A stretch of 64,000 nt of DNA from an uncultured Sphingomonadaceae bacterium (GCA_964245925.1 CAXTPE010000001.1:263-64262), one strand, 5' to 3'; positions 49,026 to 58,558 are shown, counted from the first letter of the stretch. Numbers and translations: made by a program. Notes: generated by a model not told the origin, from the letters alone.

Positions 49026-50312
49026 ATGGGTATCGAAATCGCGGCCCCCAAGGTGGAACCGCTCCAGCCCCGCGACAGCTACACCCATGCCCTCGGGCTG
49101 GGCACCGGCCCGCTGTCGACCGAGCCCTATATCTCGCCCGAACATTACGAGCTTGAGCGCGAGCGCGTCTTCGGCCGCGCATGGCTGGCGATGGGCCGGG
49201 TCGAACAGATTCCCGAGCCCGGCTCGTACATCGTCCGCGAGCTCGAGGTCTGCCATGCCTCGGTGCTGATCGTCCGCCAGAAGAGCGGGCGCGCGCAGGC
49301 CTTCCACAACATCTGCTCGCATCGCCAGAACCTCATCGTGCACGATGCGGAGGGGCGCGCGCCGCGCTTCACCTGCCGCTATCATAGCTGGACCTTCGGC
49401 GGCGACGGCAAGCTGCTCGCGGTGCCGGACGAAGGCAGCTTCTTCGGCCTCGACAAGAAGGCCTGCGGCCTCACCCCGATCGCGACCGAGGTCTGGCAGG
49501 GCTGGATCTTCGTCAACATGCAGCCCGAGCCGGAAGTCACTCTGGCCGAGTTCCTTGGCGATTTCGGCAAATTCTACGCGGACATGCCGTTCCCGGGATC
49601 CGGCCACAGCCTGAAGTTCGAGGCCCGGCTCGACGCCAACTGGAAGGTCATCAGCGACGCGTTCGCGGAATCCTACCATGTGCCCTCGATCCACAACAAG
49701 ACGCTGCGCCCGGCGTTCAGCAATGCCGAGAACCCGTTCGCGCGGCCGATCCGCGCCGCCACATGGGGACCGCACGGCGCCTATTCGGCATTCGCGAACC
49801 TCGAATATGCGCCGCCGCACGATGCGCATGGCGAACGCTTCGCCTATCGCAACGGCGCGTCCAACAACATCATCTCGCCCTCCGGCGCCAGCGAGATCGA
49901 CAAGCTGCTGTCACATCCCTCGATCAATCCCGACAAGCGGAAGGAGTGGTGCTCGGATGCGAACATCATCTTCCCGAACTTCCATCTCGACGTTTCGTTC
50001 GGCGGCTTCTTCATCCATCATTTCTGGCCCACGAGCCATAGATCGACGCGCTGGGTGGCAGAATACTTCATGGAGCCGCCGGCCGACTTCGATACGCGGC
50101 TCCAGCAGGAATATTACGCGATCCGCAACATGGAAGTGCTGCTCGAGGACATCGGCAATACCGAGCGCGTGCAGAAAGGCATGGAGACGAGGGCCAAGCG
50201 CCATGTCCATCTGCAGGATGGCGAGGTGATGATCCGCCACCTGCTCGGCCAGATCGATCGCTGGATCAGGGCGGACAGCGTGAAGCAGGCGCTCGGCTCC
50301 GAGCCCATATAG
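49026..50312 (+). CDS. Rieske non-heme iron oxygenase alpha subunit
   Basis: NICSHR..CRYHSW ([2Fe-2S]), NWK..ESYHVPSIH and ED (mononuclear Fe ligands). Confidence 0.95.
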   Translation: MGIEIAAPKVEPLQPRDSYTHALGLGTGPLSTEPYISPEHYELERERVFGRAWLAMGRVEQIPEPGSYIVRELEVCHASVLIVRQKSGRAQAFHNICSHRQNLIVHDAEGRAPRFTCRYHSWTFGGDGKLLAVPDEGSFFGLDKKACGLTPIATEVWQGWIFVNMQPEPEVTLAEFLGDFGKFYADMPFPGSGHSLKFEARLDANWKVISDAFAESYHVPSIHNKTLRPAFSNAENPFARPIRAATWGPHGAYSAFANLEYAPPHDAHGERFAYRNGASNNIISPSGASEIDKLLSHPSINPDKRKEWCSDANIIFPNFHLDVSFGGFFIHHFWPTSHRSTRWVAEYFMEPPADFDTRLQQEYYAIRNMEVLLEDIGNTERVQKGMETRAKRHVHLQDGEVMIRHLLGQIDRWIRADSVKQALGSEPI

Positions 50313-50353
50313 TCCCGGTCGATCGCGCTCGATCCGCATCGAAGGAGCAGTTC

Positions 50354-50715
50354 TTGAAGACCCTTCTGCATATCGACAGCAGCGTCCAGGACGACGCGAC
50401 GTCCTATTCGCGCCGCATCTCGCGGGCCATCGTCGACCGGCTCGTCGGGGATGGCGGCGACATCGAGGTGGTTCGTCGCGATCTCGCCGCCGATCCCGTT
50501 CCGCACATATCCGGCGAGCTCGGCCAGGGCTGGCTGACCACCGTCGACAGGCGCACGCCGAGCCAGGTGGAGACTGGCGCGCGCAGCGAGGGACGGACGT
50601 CACCTCCTATCTCCTCGAAGGCATAGCGGCTTCGCCGGAGACCGCGGCCGAGAAGCTGGAGGATCTGCTGTCGTCGATTGCGACGCCGGGAGCCACGGTC
50701 GCCTGGAGCGGATGA
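50354..50715 (+). pseudogene. azoR: FMN-dependent NADH-azoreductase, internally deleted and frameshifted
   Basis: N-terminus LLHIDSS..SYSRRIS..VVRRDLAADPVPH. A C-terminal fragment in another frame at 50593-50715 reads TDVTSYLLEGIAASPETAAE. The central PM(Y/W)NF region is absent. Confidence 0.8.
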
Positions 50716-50728
50716 CTTCAGCCGCGGA

Positions 50729-51496
50729 TCACGCCATATGGCCGCCATCCACCGGCAGCGTGGCGCCCGTGACGAAGGATGCGGCGTCGGACAGGAGCCA
50801 TGCCGCCGCCTCGCCGATCTCGTCGGGGTGGGCCAGCCGTCCGATCGGGTGGGTGGAGACGATGTAGGGCTCGAGATCCGGGTTGGTGGCCATCGCGCCC
50901 TCGAGCATCGGCGTCCGGACTCCACCGGGCGAGACGGAATTGATGCGAATGCCATGGCCCGAATATTCGAGCGCCGCGGTGCGCGTGAGACCCACGACGC
51001 CATGCTTTGCGGCGGTATATTCCGATCCCAGCTTGAAACCACGCAGTCCCGCGCCCGACGATGTATTGACGATGGCGCCGGACCGATGCTTCAACATCTC
51101 CTCCAGCTCATATTTCATGCACAGGAACGTACCCGTCAGGGTGACCGAGATGTTGCGCTGCCATTGCGCGAGCGAGAGCTCATGGATCATCGCGGTGACT
51201 TGTGGAACGGCGGCGTTGTTGAAGGCGCCGTCGAGCTTTCCGTAAAGCTCGACCGTTCGCCGGATCATGCGTTTGACATCCTCTTCCGAGGAGATGTCGA
51301 CATGCTCGAAGGCCGCCGCCCCGCCCGCCTTGCGGATGATGTCGACCGTTTCGTTGCCGCCGTCGTCGTTGATGTCGGCGACGAGCACGCGCGCGCCGTT
51401 CCGCGCGGCGATCACCGCCCCGCTGCGGCCGATGCCGCTGCCCGCTCCGGTCACCAGGACGGCCCGGCCATCGAGGCTTGTGCTGCTGCTGCTCAT
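50729..51496 (-). CDS. SDR family oxidoreductase
   Basis: TGAGSGIG, AFNNA, YTAAKHGVVG, HPIGR, VDGG. Confidence 0.94.
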   Translation of the reverse strand: MSSSSTSLDGRAVLVTGAGSGIGRSGAVIAARNGARVLVADINDDGGNETVDIIRKAGGAAAFEHVDISSEEDVKRMIRRTVELYGKLDGAFNNAAVPQVTAMIHELSLAQWQRNISVTLTGTFLCMKYELEEMLKHRSGAIVNTSSGAGLRGFKLGSEYTAAKHGVVGLTRTAALEYSGHGIRINSVSPGGVRTPMLEGAMATNPDLEPYIVSTHPIGRLAHPDEIGEAAAWLLSDAASFVTGATLPVDGGHMA

Positions 51497-51542
51497 ATCC
51501 TGCTCCATTGTCGCTCGTCCCGGTCGGTCAGGCTGCGGGGAT

Positions 51543-52388
51543 TCACGCCGTCTCGGCCTCGATCCGGTTCTCGATGGCGCCGATGCCATCGATCTCGACA
51601 CGGACAATGTCGCCGGCGACGAGGAACCTCGGCGGCGTCATCGCCGCGCCCACGCCGCCGGGCGTGCCGGTGAAGATCACGTCTCCCGGCTCCAGCGTCA
51701 TCGCCTGCGAGAGATGGGCGATCTGCGCGGCCGGGTCGAAGATGAAGTTGCTCGTGTTGGACGATTGCCGCGTCTCGCCGTTGACCAGCGTGCGGATCGG
51801 CAGGTTGGCGGGATCGATCTCCTCGGGCGTCACGATCCAGGGACCGAAGGGAGCATGGGTATCGAACGACTTGCCGAGCACGAATTGCGACGTTTTCAGT
51901 TGCCAGTCGCGAACGCTGAAGTCGTTGCCGACGCAGTAGCCGAAGATCACGCCGGCCGCGTCTTCCCGCGAGACGTGGCGGCATCGCTTCCCGATCACGA
52001 ACACCAGCTCGGCCTCGTAATCGAGGAGCGCGGAGGCTTTGGGCAGCTCGACCGGGGCATAGGGGCCGGTCACCGACGTCACCGCCTTGGTGAACCAGAT
52101 CTGATCGCCGGGCATCTCCATTTTCGCCTCGGCGACGTGATCCGCATAATTCATGCCCAGGCCGAAGATCTTGCCGGGGCGGGGGATCGGCGCGAGCAGC
52201 TCGACCTCGTCAAGCCCGTGATCGGCGCTCCGGGCGGCGGCGACCGCACCCGCCAGTCGCTCCCAGCCGGAAATAAGCGCGATCATGTCCTTCGCGCCAT
52301 CCAGGACATCGTCAAGCGCCGTGATGCGGCCGCCGTCGATCTTTCCCAAGAAGGTTTCGCCGCGGAAGCGATAGCTGACCAGCTTCAT
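51543..52388 (-). CDS. Fumarylacetoacetate hydrolase family protein
   Basis: GMNYADH, DYEAEL, NDFSVRD, GKSFDT, DVIFTGTP.GVG. Confidence 0.95.
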   Translation of the reverse strand: MKLVSYRFRGETFLGKIDGGRITALDDVLDGAKDMIALISGWERLAGAVAAARSADHGLDEVELLAPIPRPGKIFGLGMNYADHVAEAKMEMPGDQIWFTKAVTSVTGPYAPVELPKASALLDYEAELVFVIGKRCRHVSREDAAGVIFGYCVGNDFSVRDWQLKTSQFVLGKSFDTHAPFGPWIVTPEEIDPANLPIRTLVNGETRQSSNTSNFIFDPAAQIAHLSQAMTLEPGDVIFTGTPGGVGAAMTPPRFLVAGDIVRVEIDGIGAIENRIEAETA

Positions 52389-52443
52389 TTGGCGCTCTCC
52401 CATGCTTTGCTTTGAGCGATGGATGGAGTGAGCCACCGAGTCT

Positions 52444-52461
52444 GTCAACGTCCGCGTTGAG
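52444..52461. promoter_or_regulatory. Palindromic operator, copy 9
   Basis: GTCAAC-GTCCGC-GTTGAG about 55 bp upstream of the FAH-family gene. Confidence 0.8.
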
Positions 52462-52523
52462 CTGGACGGCCCGCAAGCGCCTCATGACGCAAGAACCCTC
52501 CAGGAGCCGACGATCGCCGCCCG

Positions 52524-53630
52524 CTACGCACCCGGCAGCAGGACCGCCTTTATGCACTTGCCGTCGTGATTATCCGCAACGGCCCGATTGATGTCCGCCA
52601 GTGGATAGGTCGTAATCAGGCGATCGAACGGGAACCGGCCCTGCCGATACAGGGATACGAGATAAGGTATGAAGACCGCCGGGTCGCTATCTCCCTCGAC
52701 GACGCCCATGACCGATTGACCCATCGTCACCGTCGGGAGCAAAGGCAGATCGATCATCGCCGACGGGCTGGTGGGTACGCCGGCGAGCGCCAGCTTTCCC
52801 CGCGTGCCGAGAACGCTCAGCACGGTCTCGAGGACCGCGGGGATCGCGGTGGTATCGAACGCATAGTCGACGCCCGCGGGCACGATGTCCCGGATCGCCG
52901 ATGCGACATCAGCCGCCCGCGGATCGATCGCGTGCGTCGCGCCCAGTTCGAGCGCGAGCGCCCGCCGCGATCCATGCGGCTCCACGACGATGATCGTGCC
53001 GCACTCCTGGACTACCGCGGCCAACACCGCGCTCAATCCGACCGATCCTCCGCCGGCGACGAGCAGCGATTTGCCGGACCCGCATTTCAGGCTGTTGATG
53101 ACGGCGCCCGCACCCGTCTGAACGCCGCATCCAAGCGGCCCCATCAGCTCGATCGGCACGTCATCCGCGATCGGGATCGTGTTCCGCTCATAGGCGATCG
53201 CGGTGTCGGCGAAGGATGACTGACCGATGAAGTGGCTCGAGACGTGCTCGACGCCCGATCGCAACGCGCTGCTGCCATCCGGACGCCCGCCGCAGAGATT
53301 GATCGCCGCGGACGAAGCGCAATAGGCCGGTTCGTTGTTGCGGCACTGCGCGCAGCGGCCGCATGAAGCGAACGTCAGCACGACCTTGTCGCCGGGCCTG
53401 ACCCGCGTCACGCCGTCTCCCACCGCCATGACGACTCCGGCTCCCTCATGGCCGAAGACCGCCGGTCGCGCGACGGGCAGCACCCCGTTCCACGCCAGCA
53501 GATCGGTATGGCACAGCCCCACGCCGGCGATGCGCACGACGACCTCGTCCGCGCGCGGCTCCTCCAGCGTAACCTGCTCCATGGAAAAGCCGCTTCCGAC
53601 CGATCGGCTGACCGCCGCGCAGATTTCCAT
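52524..53630 (-). CDS. Zn-dependent (aryl-)alcohol dehydrogenase
   Basis: GLCHTD, GHEGAG, CGRCAQC..C, PLGCGVQTGAG, GRFPFDRL. Confidence 0.94.
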   Translation of the reverse strand: MEICAAVSRSVGSGFSMEQVTLEEPRADEVVVRIAGVGLCHTDLLAWNGVLPVARPAVFGHEGAGVVMAVGDGVTRVRPGDKVVLTFASCGRCAQCRNNEPAYCASSAAINLCGGRPDGSSALRSGVEHVSSHFIGQSSFADTAIAYERNTIPIADDVPIELMGPLGCGVQTGAGAVINSLKCGSGKSLLVAGGGSVGLSAVLAAVVQECGTIIVVEPHGSRRALALELGATHAIDPRAADVASAIRDIVPAGVDYAFDTTAIPAVLETVLSVLGTRGKLALAGVPTSPSAMIDLPLLPTVTMGQSVMGVVEGDSDPAVFIPYLVSLYRQGRFPFDRLITTYPLADINRAVADNHDGKCIKAVLLPGA

Positions 53631-53664
53631 ATCGATGTGATCCTCGTCGGCGACGCGCTGGTCT

Positions 53665-54678
53665 TTACTGGAGCATGTTCCACGCGTGCGCTCGGCGGAA
53701 CTCGGTGGGCGTGACGGAAAAGGCTTGCCTAAACCTGTGGCAGAAGTGCGACATGTCGCTGAAACCGCAATCGAAGGCGATCACGCTGATGCTTTGCCCG
53801 GCGAGATGGTGGCTCGACAATGCCGCTCGGGCCTTTTCGAGCCGACGCTGCCACATCCACTTGCAGACGGACGTACCTTCCGCCTGGAAGAGCTCCGTCA
53901 GGTAGCGCCGCGAGATACCGAGGTCGCGCGCTATGCGTTCGATGGTGAGGCTCGGGTCGCTCAGATGATCGTCGATCATGGTCTTGGCACGATACAGCAG
54001 CAACGTACGACCTGAGCCGGAATGTAGCGGCTGCTGCTCCAGCATGTCGCTCAACGCGGCGATCACCAGGTCGATCGACGTCGTTGCAAGACGCTCCGCC
54101 GTCGTCGACCGTACCGAGTCGATATGTGTCACGACATGCCGGAACATGTTCGATACCAGCGCGCCGATCTGGGTCTTGCCACGCACGGCCAGGGCCGTGA
54201 CCTGCTCGGTATGCCCCATCTTGTTCGTGAAGATATTGGCCGGGATGTTGATCGAAACGACCTCGTTCGCATCGCTTGCGCTCACGAAATACGGCCTGCT
54301 GGTGTCGAAGCACGCGAAATCGCCCGCGATCAGATCGGCCTTGCGGCCATCCTGGCTGATGGAAGACGTGCCGCTGACCTGAAAGTTTATGACCAGCGTC
54401 TTCTCCTTGCCTCTGCGGATCCCCGCCGGCGTCCTTTCATAGGAAATCTGCCTGGTGCGAAGATGCGTGAAGCAGACCTGCTTCACCTGCGTCGCCTTGA
54501 TCTCTCCGAAGAACGAGGCCGGCGAATTGCTCAAGCATTTGAGATCGATAAAGTCATGACAGACCGTCCGCATCCATTGGCTGAACCGCTCGGACTCCGG
54601 CAGGTCGACTGTCGTGAAGAACGTCGCGCCACAATCCGGGCTCGCAGCGCGCCTTCCGCTTTGCTTGAACATTCCCAT
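53665..54678 (-). CDS. AraC family regulator (FeaR-like)
   Basis: N-terminal ERF..W..DF, QDGR..L.AGD..DTSRPY. C-terminal IARDLGISRRYL..LF and IAFDCGFSDMSHF..FR..F..TP.EFR. Confidence 0.93.
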   Translation of the reverse strand: MGMFKQSGRRAASPDCGATFFTTVDLPESERFSQWMRTVCHDFIDLKCLSNSPASFFGEIKATQVKQVCFTHLRTRQISYERTPAGIRRGKEKTLVINFQVSGTSSISQDGRKADLIAGDFACFDTSRPYFVSASDANEVVSINIPANIFTNKMGHTEQVTALAVRGKTQIGALVSNMFRHVVTHIDSVRSTTAERLATTSIDLVIAALSDMLEQQPLHSGSGRTLLLYRAKTMIDDHLSDPSLTIERIARDLGISRRYLTELFQAEGTSVCKWMWQRRLEKARAALSSHHLAGQSISVIAFDCGFSDMSHFCHRFRQAFSVTPTEFRRAHAWNMLQ

Positions 54679-54908
54679 ATCCTCTCTGTGTTATTATTTT
54701 TCTTTTTGATTACTCTATCAACGTCGGTGCTTAATATCATATAGTAGCCGAAGGACGCCCAATATTTTATGTGCTAGTCATGGATTCGCACTTTATTTAC
54801 TTGGTTTGACTATACTATATGCCCTCGGCTTTGTCAACGAGGATGGCCCGCGCTGCGGGGCGGCACGAGGCGATCGTCAGGCCGTCATCGCCTTTTGCGG
54901 CCGACGAT

Positions 54909-56402
54909 CTACCGGCAAGGTCGCGGCTCGCGTTTCGGCGGCAGGAAAGGCTCGCCGCCGCTCCACAGCGGCAGGACGCGCGCTGGATCGCAGCTTTCCT
55001 CGTAGATCCATCTGCACATTCTTCGCAGCGGCTCGATGGCGTCCTGAGGCACCGCCTGGGCGACCTGGGCCGCATAGCCGAGCGTCGTCAGCCGCTGAGC
55101 GCCGTAGAGCGGCAATATGTCGCGAAGGCCGAGCTTGAGGCTCTCCGGATAGATGCCGACCGTCTGCGTATACGCATCGACGGCGCCGAGAACATCGGAG
55201 ATGTCATCGACGGGAACGAGGTTCGCCACCCGGCTCGCCAGCATCGCCGCGAACTCCACGCGCTCCGGCGTCTGGGAGACGATGATCGCGCCCTCGTCGT
55301 CGGCGCCGCCGATGACGGTGTACCACTCGTCCTGGAGCGAGGCGGTCCTGATCGCCGACCGCAGATCCGGCCTGAACTCCTTCGGCTTCGTGCTGACATC
55401 CTCGGGCAACGCGAGCAGCGCCTCATAGACATGCCTGCCGAACCGGTTGAGAGCGGACACCCCCGCCTCGTCGGTGCCGCTCAGGACGTAGACCACGCGC
55501 GCATTGATGCAGCCCTCCTGGTTCAACGCCCCAATATCCGTCGCAAGCCGCTTGGCGACCTCCCGCTGCGCCGCGTCGCTCTCCAGCGCCTGCGGGCCGA
55601 TGATGCTCATGCTCCGCTTGGGATCGAGGCTGATAAGTTCAAGCCCCGGCTGGATATACTTGGTAACGTGCTTGACCGACGCCAGCCCGCCCCATGCGCA
55701 GATCTTCTCGATATTATAGGGTTGATACAGTTGCTTCTCGAAATGCTCGTCGCCGCCCTTCCAATAGGCCACGCTGAGATGCCGCGTGATCGGGTGGTCG
55801 GGTGCCATGTCGATCATCGTCTTGGCGATGCCGAGCGCGGTGAAGGGATCGTTGGACGGGCTCTTGATGATCGCGTCGCTGCGGGTTATCGCGTTTCTCA
55901 ACACGGTAAGCCCCGCCACGAACGGCGAGTTGCCGGCGATGATGTGCAAGGTCCGGGCACCGAAGGCGCGGATGGCGATTTCGCGCTCGTCGAGCAGCGT
56001 CGAGGTCACCCAGCCTTCGAGATAGGGAATGCCGATGCAGGTTTCCGCCAGCTCGGTGACGAACTCGCGGCGAAAGAGCTGCGGCATGTTGCGATAGGCG
56101 GATCGCAGCAGCGGCGGCGTCTGCCCCGCCGTGATGCATGACGCTTCCAGAGCCTCCTGCATGTAGCGGTTCGTCTCGAGCGTCAGATGCGATCCGAGCT
56201 CCTCCAGATAGTCGAGGATGTCGCTGAAGCCGAGCCGATGGAGGTCGGACATCTTGGCCGGGTCGCCGAGCGGCAGCGCGCCGATCAGTCGATGAGGGTC
56301 CGGCGACAGGAACGATATGCCGAGCCCGCGGCCGCCGAATTCCACCAGGTCGGCATCGACGCGTGATCCCCGGATCACGGCTCCACTGACATAGTCCTTC
56401 AT
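54909..56402 (-). CDS. LuxC-like acyl-CoA/acyl-protein reductase
   Basis: HIIAGNSP, IIKSPS, VAYWKGGD, AWGG, PKRS, NQEGCINAR (catalytic Cys), YTQTVG, GAQR. Confidence 0.88.
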   Translation of the reverse strand: MKDYVSGAVIRGSRVDADLVEFGGRGLGISFLSPDPHRLIGALPLGDPAKMSDLHRLGFSDILDYLEELGSHLTLETNRYMQEALEASCITAGQTPPLLRSAYRNMPQLFRREFVTELAETCIGIPYLEGWVTSTLLDEREIAIRAFGARTLHIIAGNSPFVAGLTVLRNAITRSDAIIKSPSNDPFTALGIAKTMIDMAPDHPITRHLSVAYWKGGDEHFEKQLYQPYNIEKICAWGGLASVKHVTKYIQPGLELISLDPKRSMSIIGPQALESDAAQREVAKRLATDIGALNQEGCINARVVYVLSGTDEAGVSALNRFGRHVYEALLALPEDVSTKPKEFRPDLRSAIRTASLQDEWYTVIGGADDEGAIIVSQTPERVEFAAMLASRVANLVPVDDISDVLGAVDAYTQTVGIYPESLKLGLRDILPLYGAQRLTTLGYAAQVAQAVPQDAIEPLRRMCRWIYEESCDPARVLPLWSGGEPFLPPKREPRPCR

Positions 56403-56426
56403 CGTCCCGGCTTCCTCTGCTGTCGA

Positions 56427-57848
56427 TCAGATCGAGAAATCGCCGAGGAATTCCATCGCTTCTTCATAGGCCTCGGGCGCGGCGGCACAGTTCAGCTTGT
56501 CCTCTTCGCCGGTCTTCTCGCTGTAGCGCTGGATCCTGCTGCTCATGTGCGGAGTCGTTCTGCCGCAGTCGCAGGGCGTGTCCCAATCGATCGTGACCTC
56601 GTCGCCGGATATGAAGCCGCCCCAATAGGTATCCGGGAGCAGATCGAGGCAGGCGTATCGGCCCGTCACCTCTCCCTTGCGGGGAAGCGGCTTGCCGCTC
56701 TCCGGATCGAGGAGAAAGACGACCGTCCAGGGCATGAGGTGATAGCGCCCGTGCTCGCACATCGGGAACTTGCAGCAGACCTCCGACATCCCGTAGCCAA
56801 GATTGAGGTTCTCGATCCCCCAATATGCCTTCACCGTCGCCTGCCAGTCGTCCGGCAGCACGATGCCCTTGCCGCCGCCACCCGTGACGATGACGGAGTC
56901 GCGCGCGAAGAGGTTTCCCACCCCCCGTTCCAGGCCACGCTCGGCGATCTGGTACAGCATCGGCGAGGCAGCCTGCATGAAGATGCGCCGGCCTTTGAAC
57001 CGATCGCCGATCTCGTCCAGGAAACGGGTTATATGATCGGACATGCCCGCTTGAGCCGTCATCAGCTCGTCCCGTCGGGCCAGAAGGTCGGGGCTTATCT
57101 TCAGATCGGCATGAATGCCCCTCGCCTTTGCCGCTCTCAGGCGGCCGGCGAGGATCATCACGTCCGCGCTCAGACGACCGTCATAGGCGCAGTGAAGCAG
57201 ATCCTCCGATCCGCAGATGACGTCTCTGATCGCGTCGAGCACGACGACGTGCGACAGGCCGCCGTGGCGATAATAGGGATAGATGACGGGAATGTTGAGC
57301 GGCGGGCGCAAGGCGTCCTGCTCCGGTGCGCCGAACCGCTGGAACTCGACGACGGGATAGGTCTCGATCCACTTCCGCCATTCCTTGCGGGATCGCGGAA
57401 GAAAGGAGAAGCTGCCGGATGTCCCCGACGTATGACAGACCCGCAGGCCGGCATCGGTGTCGAGCTTGACGAGCCAGTCGTCGACGCTCTTGCAGCTGCT
57501 GACATCAAGCCGCAGCAGGTCGTGGGCCGTGAGCTTGTCCAGCCATCTCGTCAACTGATCGAAACGGCCGCGCTCGATCAATGAGGATGGATAGGACTTG
57601 TACATGGTGTGATCGAACAGGACTGGCGCGACATCCTCGATCGCGGCGATGTCGTCGATGGCCTGCGTGTCGGCAAGCTTCTTCAGCATCGGCACCGCGT
57701 TCCGCAACTGCCTGAACCGATGCCTCGCACCCGCCAGTTGAAGCGCGTCATATTCCGCCCGCGGCCTCGATTGCAGTGTCGTCGTCGAGCGGCCATAATA
57801 ACCGACCGGGTCCGCGCAGAATGCGATGGCTTCGGCATCTGCGATCAT
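56427..57848 (-). CDS. LuxE/PaaK-like acyl-protein synthetase
   Basis: P-loop HTSGTSG, TGGGGKG, YGMSE, LLDPESG, SGDEV, C-terminal LNCA. Confidence 0.78.
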   Translation of the reverse strand: MIADAEAIAFCADPVGYYGRSTTTLQSRPRAEYDALQLAGARHRFRQLRNAVPMLKKLADTQAIDDIAAIEDVAPVLFDHTMYKSYPSSLIERGRFDQLTRWLDKLTAHDLLRLDVSSCKSVDDWLVKLDTDAGLRVCHTSGTSGSFSFLPRSRKEWRKWIETYPVVEFQRFGAPEQDALRPPLNIPVIYPYYRHGGLSHVVVLDAIRDVICGSEDLLHCAYDGRLSADVMILAGRLRAAKARGIHADLKISPDLLARRDELMTAQAGMSDHITRFLDEIGDRFKGRRIFMQAASPMLYQIAERGLERGVGNLFARDSVIVTGGGGKGIVLPDDWQATVKAYWGIENLNLGYGMSEVCCKFPMCEHGRYHLMPWTVVFLLDPESGKPLPRKGEVTGRYACLDLLPDTYWGGFISGDEVTIDWDTPCDCGRTTPHMSSRIQRYSEKTGEEDKLNCAAAPEAYEEAMEFLGDFSI

Positions 57849-57943
57849 GGCCCAGGTTCCTGATGCATGGACGAACGGGAGCCCGAACTCCCCATCTCGC
57901 GGACCGGCGGATCCCTGCCCTGCCGGCGATCGACTTCAGCGTG

Positions 57944-58558
57944 CTAGACCGACTTCAGCGTCTCGACGAACTGGTCCATTATCAGCCGGGGTTCGATGTA
58001 CTTGGAGGTGAAGTCCTCGCTGGTGCCGCTCGGCAGCCCGGACTCGAGCTCGCATTTCAGCCAGACGAATACCGGGCCGGGTCCGCTCATGATCCCGGGC
58101 ATGGCGCTGTCGAGCTCGTCCTCGCTCTCGCAGGTATATACCTGCGGGAAGCCGGATCCTTTCGCGATCGCCGCATAGTCCGTGTTGCCGGAGTTCGGCA
58201 TGTATTCGCCTGGCGGGCAGCAGCGGTAGCAGCGGTTGTCGAGCACGAAGTACCGCATGTTGGCCGCGCCGGTCCCGACGATCGTGACGAGATTGCCCAG
58301 GCTCATCAACAGGCTCCCATCGCCGTCGATGAGGATGACCGTCCTGTCCGGCTTGCCGAGCGCGAGCCCGAGCGCCAGCGACGATGCCTTGCTCATCACG
58401 CTTATCATGAAGTCGAGCTCGGGCCTGGTCGTCACGAAGGGCCATTCGAAATGCGCGCTCATCGTGCCGACGACGATGGCGTCTTGCCGATGCCGCGAGA
58501 TCGCCCGCTGCGCCTCGCGCGTCTTCATCGGCGCGGAGTTCCGCATAGCTTCGGCCAT
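57944..58558 (-). CDS. ThDP-binding decarboxylase subunit (ComE/phosphonopyruvate decarboxylase C-domain-like)
   Basis: ALGLALG, IDGDGSLLM..LDN. TGATG stop/start overlap with the upstream gene. Confidence 0.88.
   Translation of the reverse strand: MAEAMRNSAPMKTREAQRAISRHRQDAIVVGTMSAHFEWPFVTTRPELDFMISVMSKASSLALGLALGKPDRTVILIDGDGSLLMSLGNLVTIVGTGAANMRYFVLDNRCYRCCPPGEYMPNSGNTDYAAIAKGSGFPQVYTCESEDELDSAMPGIMSGPGPVFVWLKCELESGLPSGTSEDFTSKYIEPRLIMDQFVETLKSV

Noticed and set aside
54909-57848. Bioluminescence (lux) operon
   Set aside because: No luxA, luxB, luxD or luxG in the window, so gene symbols were withheld.
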